A DNA stretch of 64,000 nt from Candidatus Doudnabacteria bacterium RIFCSPHIGHO2_01_FULL_46_24 (GCA_001777575.1 MFEL01000008.1:42634-106633); one strand, 5' to 3'; shown: positions 46,524 through 56,959, counted from the stretch's first letter. Numbers and translations: made by a program. The notes: generated from the sequence alone by a model not told the origin.

Positions 46524-47180
46524 TTATGTTTCAATATCGGCTTGCAGAGCTTCAATCGCCATCTCTTCATCTTCGGAACGAAAAATTGCCGAGCCGGCAA
46601 CCAATATGTCCGCTCCAGCCTTGGCGCACTGGCGGGCAATGCCAACTTTGATGCCGCCGTCTACGCAAATTATGACATTTTTGGTCAACGCCCGCAATTC
46701 TTTCACTTTTTCTATTGTCTCCGGGATAAATGGACGGCCCTGAGCGCCAGGATGGATGCCCATATGTTGAATCAGGTCAACTCTGGTCAAAAATTTTGCA
46801 GCCGTATAAAGCGGGGTTTCGGGATTGAGCGCTATACCAATTTTCAACCCTATTTTTTTAGCCAGTGCAATCGCTTCCGCAAGTTCTGATTCCTCTCTAT
46901 AGGCTTCGTGATGCACGATCACCCAAGAAAAACCCACAGCCTTGGCGTCCTCGAAATATTTCTGCGGCTCCAAAGCCATAAAATGCGCCATCAGAGTAAG
47001 CGGCGAAGATTTCAAAAAAACCAAATCCTTGGGCATGACGGTCTTGTTACGTATAAACTCGTCATCAATAAAATCCACATGCAGTTTGGAAAAAAGATGG
47101 TTCAGAGCAAAAAGCTCCGCATACTTCTTGCGGAAATCAGAAACGTCATTGCTTAATATCGCGGGCGCTATCTCCGCCAT
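46524..47180 (-). CDS. rpe: Ribulose-phosphate 3-epimerase
   Basis: TIM-barrel Rpe motifs (ILSNDVSDF…HVDFIDDEF). Confidence 0.85.
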   Translation of the reverse strand: MAEIAPAILSNDVSDFRKKYAELFALNHLFSKLHVDFIDDEFIRNKTVMPKDLVFLKSSPLTLMAHFMALEPQKYFEDAKAVGFSWVIVHHEAYREESELAEAIALAKKIGLKIGIALNPETPLYTAAKFLTRVDLIQHMGIHPGAQGRPFIPETIEKVKELRALTKNVIICVDGGIKVGIARQCAKAGADILVAGSAIFRSEDEEMAIEALQADIET

Positions 47181-47629
47181 TATAAATTGATGTCAATTTT
47201 GCGCACCTTGTCGACGCGGCGTTTGAAGCGTTCTTCGTTAGCAAAGGGTGTGGTCAGGAAGGTGTGGATGATTTTATTGGCTTCCGAAAGAGAAACATAA
47301 TCTGCGGGCAGGCAAAGAACATTAGCGTCGTCGTCATTGCGCGCGGCAAATGCAGATTTTTCATTCCAACAAAGCGCAGCGCGCACTCCTTTGGCTTTAT
47401 TGGCCACAATGCATTCACCCTGTCCTGAGCGGCAAGCTAAAATCCCAAACGAGCCGATCTGGCTGCCAACTTTCACCGCCACCGGCCAGGCAAAATCCGG
47501 ATAATCGTCTTTGGAATCGAACTTATGCGCACCCAAATCCTCAAACTCAAAATTCCATTCCGAAAGCCAGCGCTTAATCTCTCCCTTAAGCTTATATCCC
47601 CCGTGGTCAGCCCCGATGTATGCTTTCAC
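47180..47629 (-). CDS. rpiB: Ribose-5-phosphate isomerase B
   Basis: RpiB/LacAB family motifs (IGADHGGY, C-rich active site). Confidence 0.85.
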   Translation of the reverse strand: MKAYIGADHGGYKLKGEIKRWLSEWNFEFEDLGAHKFDSKDDYPDFAWPVAVKVGSQIGSFGILACRSGQGECIVANKAKGVRAALCWNEKSAFAARNDDDANVLCLPADYVSLSEANKIIHTFLTTPFANEERFKRRVDKVRKIDINL

Positions 47630-48380
47630 GTTCGAACTCCTTGATTATTTCCCAAAAATTATTTGGATCCAAAGACGCAGCTCCGACCAAGGCACCGTCA
47701 ATTTCCGAATACTGAGCATATTCCCTCGCATTGTGTTTATTTACTGTGCCGCCATAAAGCACTCGGCAATTTGGTCCCGCAAACTTATGAATATACATGA
47801 TAAGCTCACGCGCATGCTCGCCGTCTGCCGGCTTGGAATGAAGACTGGTGGATATGGCCCAGGTCGGTTCGTAAACAAACACAATTTTATGCAGTTCGTT
47901 CTTTTCAATCCCCTTCATTGTAGCGCGGAATTGCTTGGCTACAATTTTTTTCATGTCCGTTTTTTTGGCTTTGGCCACAGCACCCAGGCATACAATGGGT
48001 ATGATCTTGTGCCTCAACGCCGACCTGACCTTGACATTGACCATTTGGTCTGTCTCGCCCAAACCCAATCTCCGTTCCGAATGGCCCAAAATCGCAAAGT
48101 TTACATTGAACGGCTTGAGCATGGTCGGCGAAGATTCACCTGTAAAAGCTCCGGCTTCTTCCCAGTGCATATTCTGTGCTCCCAATTTTACGCTGTGCAC
48201 ATAATGCGAAAATGCCGGCAAGTACAGAGCCGGAGGGCAAATTACGGCTTCGCTTTTGTTCATCAATGGCGCGCGGTGCTCCAAGATCATCAAAATCCTG
48301 CGCGCTTCACTCAGCGTTTGGGGATTCATTTTCCAGTTTGCGACTATAAGCTTTTTTTTATACATAAATTTAATTATCAA
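47607..48380 (-). CDS. tpiA: Triosephosphate isomerase
   Basis: LIVANWKMN N-terminus. Catalytic His/Glu. Confidence 0.9.
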   Translation of the reverse strand: MIIKFMYKKKLIVANWKMNPQTLSEARRILMILEHRAPLMNKSEAVICPPALYLPAFSHYVHSVKLGAQNMHWEEAGAFTGESSPTMLKPFNVNFAILGHSERRLGLGETDQMVNVKVRSALRHKIIPIVCLGAVAKAKKTDMKKIVAKQFRATMKGIEKNELHKIVFVYEPTWAISTSLHSKPADGEHARELIMYIHKFAGPNCRVLYGGTVNKHNAREYAQYSEIDGALVGAASLDPNNFWEIIKEFERESIHRG

Positions 48381-48448
48381 TTTTCAGTTTTCAATTTACA
48401 ATTAATTTTCAAAATTCAATTTTCAAATCTTGATAATTGAAAATTATG
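48381..48448 (-). repeat. Tandem 'ttttcaa/caatttt' word spacer upstream of tpiA
   Basis: caattttcagttttcaatttacaattaattttcaaaattcaattttcaaatc. Confidence 0.5.
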
Positions 48449-49447
48449 CTAAGGTTGTCTTAAGACATCTGCGGCCACTTCCGGCAGCACGGTATTTACG
48501 TACACGTCCGATCCAAGTTCGAACCCACCCCACACGTTAATCCTGGGTAGAATTTCCAAATGCCAATGGTAACTACGGTCATCATAACGGGTTAAAATCG
48601 AATGCGAAACCGGCAAGGTGTGAATATAATAATTGTAAGACGGATTATGAAGCTTGTAATAAAGCTTTTGCAATGCAAATTTCAAAACCTTTGCCAAGGA
48701 ACGACGCTCTTCGTCCGACAAATCAATAAAGCTTGCACGATGCCGTTTGGCGATAATGCGCATTGCATACGGCACCCGGGACGCAAACGGCGTGAATACC
48801 AAGAAATCTTTATGGTCAAGGACAACCCGTTCACGGTCTGTCAGTTCCTTGAGGATCATTTCGCAATAAACGCATGCGCCGTTTTGCATAAAATACACGA
48901 AACTTCCTGTCACTTCGTCATGCAAATGCTCCGGCACAAAAGGGGTGGCGAATACTTGCGAGTGGGGATGGATCATGGAAGCCCCGCCGTCCCGCCCATG
49001 GTTCTGAAGCACGTGGACATATTGCACCTCGGGATGATTGCTTAAATCCCGCATCCGTTTCTGATACACCTTCAAATTCAAATCCATCAACTCATCCAAC
49101 AAAAAAGCGGTTAAGACGTTATGTGGGCGCGTCACGATGACTTCGTGGTCGCCGATCCCTTCCCTGACTATATAAAAATCGGACCGCTCTCGTCCGCCGC
49201 GGTGTCCCAGAGCCTCATACTTGTTCGGAATAATGCGGACCTGCCAATCCTTTCCTTTGGGATAAGAATCAATTTCCTGATTGAACGCCTCCTTACCTGG
49301 ACAGAACACGCAGTGTGCGTCTATCTCGTCTAATTTGGAAGGGTCAGCCGCAGCTTGAAACAACGTAAAATCCTCCGGGCGCGAGCCGCGGTTGGGCGCG
49401 AACAGCACCCAGTGTTTGGAAACGATATCCTGTCGAAATTCACTCAT
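48449..49447 (-). CDS. galT: Galactose-1-phosphate uridylyltransferase (HIT family)
   Basis: CVFCPGKE zinc motif and HPHSQ HIT motif. Confidence 0.8.
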   Translation of the reverse strand: MSEFRQDIVSKHWVLFAPNRGSRPEDFTLFQAAADPSKLDEIDAHCVFCPGKEAFNQEIDSYPKGKDWQVRIIPNKYEALGHRGGRERSDFYIVREGIGDHEVIVTRPHNVLTAFLLDELMDLNLKVYQKRMRDLSNHPEVQYVHVLQNHGRDGGASMIHPHSQVFATPFVPEHLHDEVTGSFVYFMQNGACVYCEMILKELTDRERVVLDHKDFLVFTPFASRVPYAMRIIAKRHRASFIDLSDEERRSLAKVLKFALQKLYYKLHNPSYNYYIHTLPVSHSILTRYDDRSYHWHLEILPRINVWGGFELGSDVYVNTVLPEVAADVLRQP

Positions 49448-49450
49448 TAA

Positions 49451-49852
49451 TTATTTCGCGTCTAAATATTTTTGCAATATAATCTGAGCCGCAACATTAT
49501 CGATTATTTGTCTTTGTTTTTTATCATGCAAACCTTGAGAATGCAAAAGTTTCCGGGCCTCTACTGAACTGAAGCGTTCATCTGCTAGACTCTGCGGAAT
49601 TCCTGTTTCTCTTGATAACTTATCAGCGAAATTTTTTGTAAGCATTGCCGAATGCCCTTCGTTCCCGCTTGTTGTTTTAGGTATGCCGATTAGAATCCAA
49701 GCGACTTTGTAACGAGCGATAATATATTTGATTTCATTAATTGCCTTTTTGGTTTCTATAACCTTATCCAATGGAAATGCGATTTTACCGTCTTCATCTG
49801 AGATTGCAGCGCCTATTCTCTTACTCCCCCAATCCAAAGCCAATATCCTCAT
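49451..49852 (-). CDS. ruvX: Holliday-junction resolvase-like RuvX/YqgF
   Basis: ILALDWGSKRIGAAISD RNase H-like motif. Confidence 0.85.
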   Translation of the reverse strand: MRILALDWGSKRIGAAISDEDGKIAFPLDKVIETKKAINEIKYIIARYKVAWILIGIPKTTSGNEGHSAMLTKNFADKLSRETGIPQSLADERFSSVEARKLLHSQGLHDKKQRQIIDNVAAQIILQKYLDAK

Positions 49853-51111
49853 TTGTTTTCGCCTAAAATTACCGCCGCTTCTTTTTCGCTCCCTTCCGAA
49901 AGCACTTTCAACTTGATCGTGTCTCCGGGACTATAATTCTTAAGCAACGCCGCCAAACTGTGCTCGCGGTCCACCTTCACGCCGTTGACTTCCAGGATAA
50001 TATCACCTTCCTTAAGTCCGGCTTTGTCCGCAGCCGAACCTTCCAACACCGCCGGATTGGACCTGCCTTCTCCGATAATCAACGCTCCGTAACCAACCGT
50101 CAATTTTCTTTCTTCTTTAATCGATTCGTTGACTAGCACATATCTCACTCCCAAGAACGGCTTGACTATGCGGCCGAATTTCTTAAAGCTTTCGAGGTCG
50201 ATTTTCAAATCCGAAACCGGAATGGCAAAACCAACCAATTGACCCTGTAAATCTATGGCAGTGTTGATCCCAATCACTGACCCGCCGATGTCCAGAAGCG
50301 GCCCGCCGGAATTGCCGGGATTGATGGCCGCATCAGTCTGAATCACTCCTTCCAGCTGCTCTGTGCGGATATTGCTACCCGAAGCCGTGATGGTCCGGCC
50401 GATGCCGGAGACCACCCCGGTTGTTACGGTATTGTGGTACTGGCCCAGGGAATTTCCGATCGCGATGACTTTTTGTCCGATTTCGAGCTTGGACGAATCG
50501 CCCAAAATCAAAGTCGGGAGGTTTTCGGCTTCAATCTTGACCAGGGCCAGGTCATTGACCGGGTCTCTGGATAAAACCTGAGCTTCATATTTCCTGCCGT
50601 CCTGCGTCAGTACTGTATAGGTGGCATCCGTGTCTGCCACCACATGCTTGTTGGTGGCGATCAAGCCGTCAGATGAAATGATAAAACCCGAGCCCTGGCC
50701 GATTTCCTGGACGTTGGGCCGGGCTTCTTGGTCACTGGGATTGCGAAACTGGAAAAATGGGTCAAAGAAAAACGGCCCGAAATCAAACGGAGAGGAAGAA
50801 TAACCGGGCAGTTTGTTTAAGTCTTTGGAAATGACGATGGAAACGACAGCCGGACTGGCTTTTTTTACCACTTCCACAACACCCGAATCTTCATTCACCG
50901 AGACGTTTTTGACCTCGCTGACAGGACTGCCCGCGCTTTTTTTGCTTATTGACGGGAAGAACCACAGACCCACTACCGACCCGGCAAGACCGAACAAAAA
51001 CGAAAGCAAAATCACAGTGGAAATCATTTTCGCTTCAGGGTTCGGCTCGCGCTTTGGAAGGTCTGAAGTCAAACTTGGCATGGCATTTTTTGTTCCTTTT
51101 ATTTCAGGCAT
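49849..51111 (-). CDS. htrA: HtrA/DegP-family serine protease with PDZ domain
   Basis: GNSGGPL catalytic Ser motif, the His/Asp triad, and a C-terminal PDZ domain. Confidence 0.85.
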   Translation of the reverse strand: MPEIKGTKNAMPSLTSDLPKREPNPEAKMISTVILLSFLFGLAGSVVGLWFFPSISKKSAGSPVSEVKNVSVNEDSGVVEVVKKASPAVVSIVISKDLNKLPGYSSSPFDFGPFFFDPFFQFRNPSDQEARPNVQEIGQGSGFIISSDGLIATNKHVVADTDATYTVLTQDGRKYEAQVLSRDPVNDLALVKIEAENLPTLILGDSSKLEIGQKVIAIGNSLGQYHNTVTTGVVSGIGRTITASGSNIRTEQLEGVIQTDAAINPGNSGGPLLDIGGSVIGINTAIDLQGQLVGFAIPVSDLKIDLESFKKFGRIVKPFLGVRYVLVNESIKEERKLTVGYGALIIGEGRSNPAVLEGSAADKAGLKEGDIILEVNGVKVDREHSLAALLKNYSPGDTIKLKVLSEGSEKEAAVILGENK

Positions 51112-51130
51112 AAGAAAAAATCCAGCTTAA

Positions 51131-51895
51131 TTATACCATGTTTGTTAGCGTTTCACAACCGTTTTCCGTTACTATTACCGTATGTTCAAAATGCGCTGAG
51201 CGGCTCCCGTCAGCGGTTTTGACAGTCCAGCCGTCATCGGTAAATATCACTTTCCATGCCCCGGCGTTAATCATCGGCTCTATAGCCAGAACCATTCCCG
51301 AAACAAGTTTAGTTCCTGTGCCGCTTTTTCCATAACAAGGAACCTCAGGGTCCTCATGCACAGATTTTCCAACCCCGTGGCCGACCAACTCTCGAACAAC
51401 GTTGAATTTATTTTGCCGAGCTACTTCTTCGATCGTTTGCCCGATGTCACCGGTAAAATCGCCGGCCCTCACTTTGAGCGCTGTTTTAAGAGCGATCCGG
51501 GCGGTTTCAATAAGCCTTAATGATTCAATATCGACTTTCCCCACGGCAACGGTGACCGCCGCATCGGTGTAGAATCCCTGGTACACAACCCCCAAATCCA
51601 AACCAACAATGTCGCCTTGCCGCAAAATTTTATCCTTGCTGGGAATCCCATGCACGACCTCGTCATTTACCGACACGCATAAGCTTGCGGGAAAGGGTTT
51701 TTGGCCTTTCATGGAACTGTAATTCTTAAAAGCGGAGCAAGCGCCACTGCTTCTGATTTCCTGTTCCGCGATCTGGTCCAGCTCAAGAGCGGAAACCCCA
51801 GGCCTGACGTGCGCTTGCGCAATCGCCAAAGTTTTTGCAAGTATCCGGCCGGATTGCCTAAGCAGGTCAAGCTCTTTTGGATCGCTGGTAATCAT
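51131..51895 (-). CDS. map: Methionine aminopeptidase type I
   Basis: Full-length M24A similarity. Confidence 0.9.
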   Translation of the reverse strand: MITSDPKELDLLRQSGRILAKTLAIAQAHVRPGVSALELDQIAEQEIRSSGACSAFKNYSSMKGQKPFPASLCVSVNDEVVHGIPSKDKILRQGDIVGLDLGVVYQGFYTDAAVTVAVGKVDIESLRLIETARIALKTALKVRAGDFTGDIGQTIEEVARQNKFNVVRELVGHGVGKSVHEDPEVPCYGKSGTGTKLVSGMVLAIEPMINAGAWKVIFTDDGWTVKTADGSRSAHFEHTVIVTENGCETLTNMV

Positions 51896-52469
51896 GGATG
51901 GCTTTCTGGATATCTTGAGCGACTTTTTTAATACGCTGGTCGCCTTTAATAAATCGCAGTTTATTGATTGACTGAAAATATTTAATGCCCTTGTTGGTAT
52001 CGGGATTCTGCCATTGCATCCGCTTCTTTATATATGCGAGATTTGAATCGTCTTCGCGCTCATGTTTGGATAAGCGTTTTTTGAGCCGTCTGTACACTTC
52101 TCTTTCCGGCAATTTGATGAACAAAACAAAAAAATCCCGACGCTTCTCACTCAAAAGTTTTTTCAGCAACCAAGCCTCCGGCTTGAGTCTGGGATTGCCG
52201 ACAAAAATCAAATCACGATTTGAACTTACTGTACTGATTTGATTCTTTAGGAACTTTTTCATCAGAGGCACTGGCGTATATTGACCTCTGTTCATGGTTC
52301 TTCTCAGCCACCGGCCCTCGGCATTATTTTTTTTTGCCATTGCGCGCCAATGCTTGCCGGATTCAACCGGTTTGAGCGAATAACGCTCTTGCAAAATTCG
52401 GGCTTGGGTGTCTTTCCCAGACCCCGGGCCTCCAAGCAGCACTAAATCAAATCCGAGCCGTTCTTTCAT
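51867..52469 (-). CDS. Divergent adenylate-kinase-like NMP kinase (second paralog)
   Basis: GGPGSGKDTQ P-loop. Basic C-terminal extension. Confidence 0.55.
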   Translation of the reverse strand: MKERLGFDLVLLGGPGSGKDTQARILQERYSLKPVESGKHWRAMAKKNNAEGRWLRRTMNRGQYTPVPLMKKFLKNQISTVSSNRDLIFVGNPRLKPEAWLLKKLLSEKRRDFFVLFIKLPEREVYRRLKKRLSKHEREDDSNLAYIKKRMQWQNPDTNKGIKYFQSINKLRFIKGDQRIKKVAQDIQKAIHDYQRSKRA

Positions 52470-52474
52470 TCTGT

Positions 52475-53053
52475 TTACTGATTACTGATTACTAGTTTTT
52501 GCATTATTTCCCGATGCACGTCTTCAATCGGCTGGTCGCCGTTAATTTCCACCAGTTCGCCTTTGCTTTTGTAATGCTCTTTGATCAGGATGTTGCGCTT
52601 CTCGTATTCCTCGTACCTGTGACGGGCAATTTGGGGATCATCATCAGAACGGCCCTGTCCCCGGATGGTTATCCTTTTGACAACCTCTTCCTCGGATACA
52701 TTGAGAAAAACGATTCTTAGATCCTTAATTTTTATATCTTCCACTATCCTGTCCAGATCTTCTGCCTGGCCCATGGATAAGGGATACGTATCAAAAACCA
52801 CGGTGCCAGAGTCGGCAAGAGCCTTCAGCTTCCTGTCAAGAAGCATGCTGGCAATCGCATCGGGTTGCGGGGTCCCCTGGTCATAACGCGCCTTGGCTTC
52901 ATGCGCTTCATCGGAATTTTCTTGGATAAACTCTCTGATCAAATCACCCAAAACAATCCTGGGTGCCCCTAAAAATTTAGCCAATAATTCCGATTGCGTC
53001 CCCTTGCCGCTCCCCGGCGGCCCCAAAACCACAAATATTTTCTGTAACTTCAT
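52475..53053 (-). CDS. adk: Adenylate kinase
   Basis: Start reassigned to MKLQKIFVVLGPPGSGKGTQ (ATG at 53053). The canonical secY-adk-map arrangement is present. Confidence 0.85.
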   Translation of the reverse strand: MKLQKIFVVLGPPGSGKGTQSELLAKFLGAPRIVLGDLIREFIQENSDEAHEAKARYDQGTPQPDAIASMLLDRKLKALADSGTVVFDTYPLSMGQAEDLDRIVEDIKIKDLRIVFLNVSEEEVVKRITIRGQGRSDDDPQIARHRYEEYEKRNILIKEHYKSKGELVEINGDQPIEDVHREIMQKLVISNQ

Positions 53054-53131
53054 GCAAACATTATAGCTAAAAATTACAAATAAAAAAAGGCTTAAATAAG
53101 CCATTTCTAACACCTCACATGGATTGAGGCG

Positions 53132-54430
53132 TTAGAAATTTTCGTAGTCCCGCATGATCATCTGGGACTTGACCTGATTGATAATCTCAATCACTACGGC
53201 CACGACGATCAAAATGCCAGTGCCTCCAAGAGTCAAAGTGGAAGTTTTGGTGAATGATTGGATGATATAAGGCAAAACAGCGATCAAGCCCAAAAACAGC
53301 GCTCCAACCAAGGTGATGCGGTTTAGGACCTTGTACAAAAACTCCGCGGTCTGTCGACCCGGCCGCAGTCCCGGCACAAAGCCGCCCTGTTTTTGGATAT
53401 TGTCGGCGATTTCATCGGGATTAAACACGATCGCCGTGTAGAAGTAGGTAAAAGCGACCACCAGCAAGAAATACATGATACCGTAATAAGTCTGGTTCTG
53501 GAAAAAATCGTTGATGCTTGCGGCAAACGAGGCAATCTGCGGCGTGCGAGACTGTGAAAAGAAATTGGCAATAAGTCCCGGAAACAACAAAATCGAAATG
53601 GCGAAGATGATGGGTATCACACCGGCCTGGTTGACCCTCAGCGGCAAATGAGTGCTGACTCCGCCGTAAAGCTTATTGCCCCGCACGCGCTTGGCGTAAG
53701 AAACGGGGATATTGCGCTGAGCCTCGGTAATACCGACGATTGCGGCGATGACGAGAAACGCCACAGCCAAAAAGCCGACAGCGGTGACGACACCGGTGGA
53801 AGACAGCTGGCCAGTCGAGGTCGTGAGATTAACATAACCCTGCTGGATCGCCGGAGGCAATTGAGAAACAATGCCGGCGAAGATAATCATGGACACGCCG
53901 TTGCCCAATTTATACTCGGTAATCAATTCACCCAGCCACAAAAGCAGCATACTGCCGGCAGTGATGGATAATAACGCCACAAACCACTGGAAAGCCGAAA
54001 ATTCGGTAATGAGGTCGCTGCCGCTCGTGCGCGTAAGCAAGATGATCGTGCCATAGCCTTGCAAAACGGTCAGCGGGACGGTCAGCCAGCGCGTATATTG
54101 GTTAATCTTCGCCCGACCGGCCTCGCCGCCCTCTTTGGCCAACTCTCCCAATTTCGGGACAATGATAGTCAGTAACTGCATGATGATGGATGCAGTAATG
54201 TATGGCCCCACCCCGAGCATGGCCACGGAAAAATTCTGCAGACCGCCGCCGGAGAAGATGTTGAACAACCCGAACAGCTGATTGGAATTAAGCAGATTTC
54301 TCAGATTGGCGAGTTCAACGCCGGGAATCGGAATGTTAGCCAGGATCCTGGTCCCAATCAAAAGCAGAGCGACGAACAAAATTCTGTTCCGCAAATCTTT
54401 CACTTTCCAAAGTTGTGATAGTCTGGACAT
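53132..54430 (-). CDS. secY: Preprotein translocase subunit SecY
   Basis: Start reassigned to MSRLSQLW… (ATG at 54430, 1 nt after the rplO stop). 10-TM SecY fold. Confidence 0.9.
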   Translation of the reverse strand: MSRLSQLWKVKDLRNRILFVALLLIGTRILANIPIPGVELANLRNLLNSNQLFGLFNIFSGGGLQNFSVAMLGVGPYITASIIMQLLTIIVPKLGELAKEGGEAGRAKINQYTRWLTVPLTVLQGYGTIILLTRTSGSDLITEFSAFQWFVALLSITAGSMLLLWLGELITEYKLGNGVSMIIFAGIVSQLPPAIQQGYVNLTTSTGQLSSTGVVTAVGFLAVAFLVIAAIVGITEAQRNIPVSYAKRVRGNKLYGGVSTHLPLRVNQAGVIPIIFAISILLFPGLIANFFSQSRTPQIASFAASINDFFQNQTYYGIMYFLLVVAFTYFYTAIVFNPDEIADNIQKQGGFVPGLRPGRQTAEFLYKVLNRITLVGALFLGLIAVLPYIIQSFTKTSTLTLGGTGILIVVAVVIEIINQVKSQMIMRDYENF

Positions 54431-54431
54431 A

Positions 54432-54872
54432 TTACGTGACCTTGCCGCCCGCTTTTTCAATTTTTGCCTTGGCGGCAGCAGAGAGCAAAACATTCTCGAA
54501 ATTCAAAGCCTTAGCAAGCTCTCCATCTCCCAAAATTTTCACGCTTGTGAGTTGGGACTTGATCAAACCCTTATTGACTAAATTTTTAGGATTAACGGTT
54601 TCTCCGCTTGAAAACTTAACCGCTAAATCAGCCAAACTCAGCGCTTGGGCTTTGGGCGACAAACTCTTAAATCCCCGTTTCTTGGGGATTTGCCGGTGCA
54701 ACGGCATCCGACCGCCCTCAAAGCCGACTGGAATGGAGCTGCCGCTGCGGGCTTTCTGGCCCTTGGCACCCCGGCCGGAAAACGTCCCGTGGCCGGAACC
54801 AACCCCGCGTCCGATGACTTTGCGGCGGCGAGTCGAGCCCTTATACGGTTTTAATTGGGATAGCTCAAGCAT
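54432..54872 (-). CDS. rplO: 50S ribosomal protein L15
   Basis: GRGVGSGHGTFSGRG motif. Confidence 0.9.
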   Translation of the reverse strand: MLELSQLKPYKGSTRRRKVIGRGVGSGHGTFSGRGAKGQKARSGSSIPVGFEGGRMPLHRQIPKKRGFKSLSPKAQALSLADLAVKFSSGETVNPKNLVNKGLIKSQLTSVKILGDGELAKALNFENVLLSAAAKAKIEKAGGKVT

Positions 54873-55353
54873 TGTGGTTCGTTTCCCTTATTTTCATTTT
54901 CGCCAAAGCATGATAAGTCGCCAAAACGTTGTTTATCTTATTGGACGAACCAAGCATCTTCGACAAAACGTTCTTAACCCCGACCAAATCCAAGACTGAG
55001 CGGATAGCCCCGCCGGCAATGATGCCTGTGCCAGGCCGTGCCGGTTTGAGGAAGACCACTGATGATTTGTATTTCAGCTTCATTTCATGCGGAATCGAGT
55101 CATTTACCAAATTGACCTTGATCATATTCTTTTTCGCCTGTGAGACGGCCTTGTTTACGGCTTCTGAGACGTCCGCGCCTTTTTTTACTCCCACTCCCAC
55201 TTTCCCTTTGCGATCGCCAACCACGACCAAAGCGCGAAACCTCATTCGCTTGCCGCCGGCCACGACGCGAGTGACGCGCTTGACCTCGACGACCTTCTGG
55301 TCGAATTCTCTTTTGATTGCTTCTTGTGATCTGCCTCTTGTAGGTCTAGCCAT
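54865..55353 (-). CDS. rpsE: 30S ribosomal protein S5
   Basis: Full-length S5 similarity. Confidence 0.9.
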   Translation of the reverse strand: MARPTRGRSQEAIKREFDQKVVEVKRVTRVVAGGKRMRFRALVVVGDRKGKVGVGVKKGADVSEAVNKAVSQAKKNMIKVNLVNDSIPHEMKLKYKSSVVFLKPARPGTGIIAGGAIRSVLDLVGVKNVLSKMLGSSNKINNVLATYHALAKMKIRETNHNA

Positions 55354-55385
55354 TTGATTAGTAATTAGTAAATAGAAATTAGAAA
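55354..55385 (-). repeat. Stop-codon-rich tandem word spacer (ttagtaa/ttagaaa) between rplR and rpsE
   Basis: ttgattagtaattagtaaatagaaattagaaa. Confidence 0.5.
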
Positions 55386-55727
55386 TTAGAACTTGAGACC
55401 GGCTGACCGCGCGGCGTCAGCCAATTCTTTTATCCGGCCGTGATATTTATAACCGCCGCGGTCGAAAGTGACCTCTGAAATGCCCGCTTTCAAGGCCTTT
55501 TCCGCGGCCAACTTCCCGACCAATGCAGCCAATTGGGTCTTGTTGCTCTTACCCGGCACTTCTCGGCTGGTCGCGCTAATAAGCGTCCTGCCGCTTTCAT
55601 CGTCAATCAACTGCACATAAATATGGCTTAATGATCGAAACACGCTTAAGCGGGGGCGGGCTGCGATGCCGCTTATTTTTGCCCGAACTCTTCGATGCCT
55701 TGATTGTCTTTGCTTATTTCTGGCCAT
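55386..55727 (-). CDS. rplR: 50S ribosomal protein L18
   Basis: Full-length L18 similarity. Confidence 0.9.
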   Translation of the reverse strand: MARNKQRQSRHRRVRAKISGIAARPRLSVFRSLSHIYVQLIDDESGRTLISATSREVPGKSNKTQLAALVGKLAAEKALKAGISEVTFDRGGYKYHGRIKELADAARSAGLKF

Positions 55728-55804
55728 ATTCTTATAATTATTTATTAACGAATTGCGGATTACGGATTATCAATTCACAATTCGTTAATCCGTTAATTCG
55801 CCAA
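55728..55804 (-). repeat. Intergenic repeat family 2, copy 2 (between rplF and rplR)
   Basis: ttaacgaattg…caattcgttaa 11-bp inverted repeat nested with a cggattacgg / ccgttaatccg pair. Confidence 0.65.
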
Positions 55805-56359
55805 TTACTTACCACCACCGACTGCCTTCACGACTTTGCCAGCCTTGCGCCTAATGATTTCATCCGAATATTTAATTCCTTTTCCTTTGTAGGGTTCCGG
55901 TTCTCTTTGGGAACGAACAACCGCGGCAAACTGCCCGACCTGTTGTTTGTCGCTGCCGCTGATTGTGATAAGATTTTTGTCGACCTTGGCTTCGAGGCCG
56001 GGAGGAATAGCCATTTCGATCGGATGGGAATAACCTAAATTCAACGTCAGCGACTTACCCGTAACCGCAGCCTTGTACCCAACACCGTTGACTTCCAAGA
56101 TTTTAGTGTACCCATTGGTCACACCGAGGACCATATTGTTGATCAGCGAGCGAAACAGCCCCCACAGCGCCTTTTCTTGTTTCGATGCTTTGTCAGCCAC
56201 TTCCACGACCAATTCCGAATCACGCTTCACCGCTTTGACTTTGGGATGAATCGTAAGCGACAGTTCTCCTTTCGGCCCTTTAACCTTAAGGATTTGGTCT
56301 ATGACTTCGGCGGTAACGCCTGAAGGGATGGTGATCGGTTTTTTTCCTATGCGTGACAT
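55805..56359 (-). CDS. rplF: 50S ribosomal protein L6
   Basis: Start reassigned to MSRIGKKPI (ATG at 56359). Confidence 0.9.
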   Translation of the reverse strand: MSRIGKKPITIPSGVTAEVIDQILKVKGPKGELSLTIHPKVKAVKRDSELVVEVADKASKQEKALWGLFRSLINNMVLGVTNGYTKILEVNGVGYKAAVTGKSLTLNLGYSHPIEMAIPPGLEAKVDKNLITISGSDKQQVGQFAAVVRSQREPEPYKGKGIKYSDEIIRRKAGKVVKAVGGGK

Positions 56360-56367
56360 AAAGTTTA

Positions 56368-56760
56368 TTACCAAATTTGACAAATAATTTCGCCGCCAAT
56401 TTTCTGCTTTCGCGCATTTTCAGCCGTGACCAGCCCCTTGGAGGTCGAAACGATAGTAGTGCCCAGCCCTCCCATCACTCTCGGAATGTCGGTGGTTTTT
56501 TTATAAATCCTCTGTCCGGGCTTGCTGATTCGCTGAATTCCGGAAATCACCGGTTGACCTTCGGCCGTATATTTCAGTTCAAGCTGCAAATTTTTGAATT
56601 TGCTGTCATTGCCGACTTCGAAATTCCTAATCCAACCCCCGTGCATAAGCACTTTGGCTAAATTGTGCTTAAAATTCGAATACGGCACCACTACCTCTGT
56701 CTTGCGAGAGGCATATGCGTTTCTTATTCGTGTTAGCATGTCTGAAATTGGGTCTGTCAT
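56368..56760 (-). CDS. rpsH: 30S ribosomal protein S8
   Basis: MTDPISDMLTRIRNA N-terminus. Confidence 0.9.
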   Translation of the reverse strand: MTDPISDMLTRIRNAYASRKTEVVVPYSNFKHNLAKVLMHGGWIRNFEVGNDSKFKNLQLELKYTAEGQPVISGIQRISKPGQRIYKKTTDIPRVMGGLGTTIVSTSKGLVTAENARKQKIGGEIICQIW

Positions 56761-56764
56761 ATGT

Positions 56765-56959
56765 TTACCATGAAGACTTTGTAACGCCGGGAATTTCGCC
56801 GTTGGAGGCCAGCTCCCGGAAACAAATGCGGCAAATATTGAAATTCCGCATGTAACCGTGCTTTCTGCCGCACCGCCAACAGCGTCTAACTACCCTGGTT
56901 GAATACTTGGGCTTGGTCCGGGATCTTAATGATTTGATTGTTTGAGCTTTAGTGGCCAT
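56765..56959 (-). CDS. rpsZ: 30S ribosomal protein S14 type Z (zinc-binding)
   Basis: 61-aa form with the CxxC…CxxC zinc motif. Confidence 0.85.
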   Translation of the reverse strand: MATKAQTIKSLRSRTKPKYSTRVVRRCWRCGRKHGYMRNFNICRICFRELASNGEIPGVTKSSW

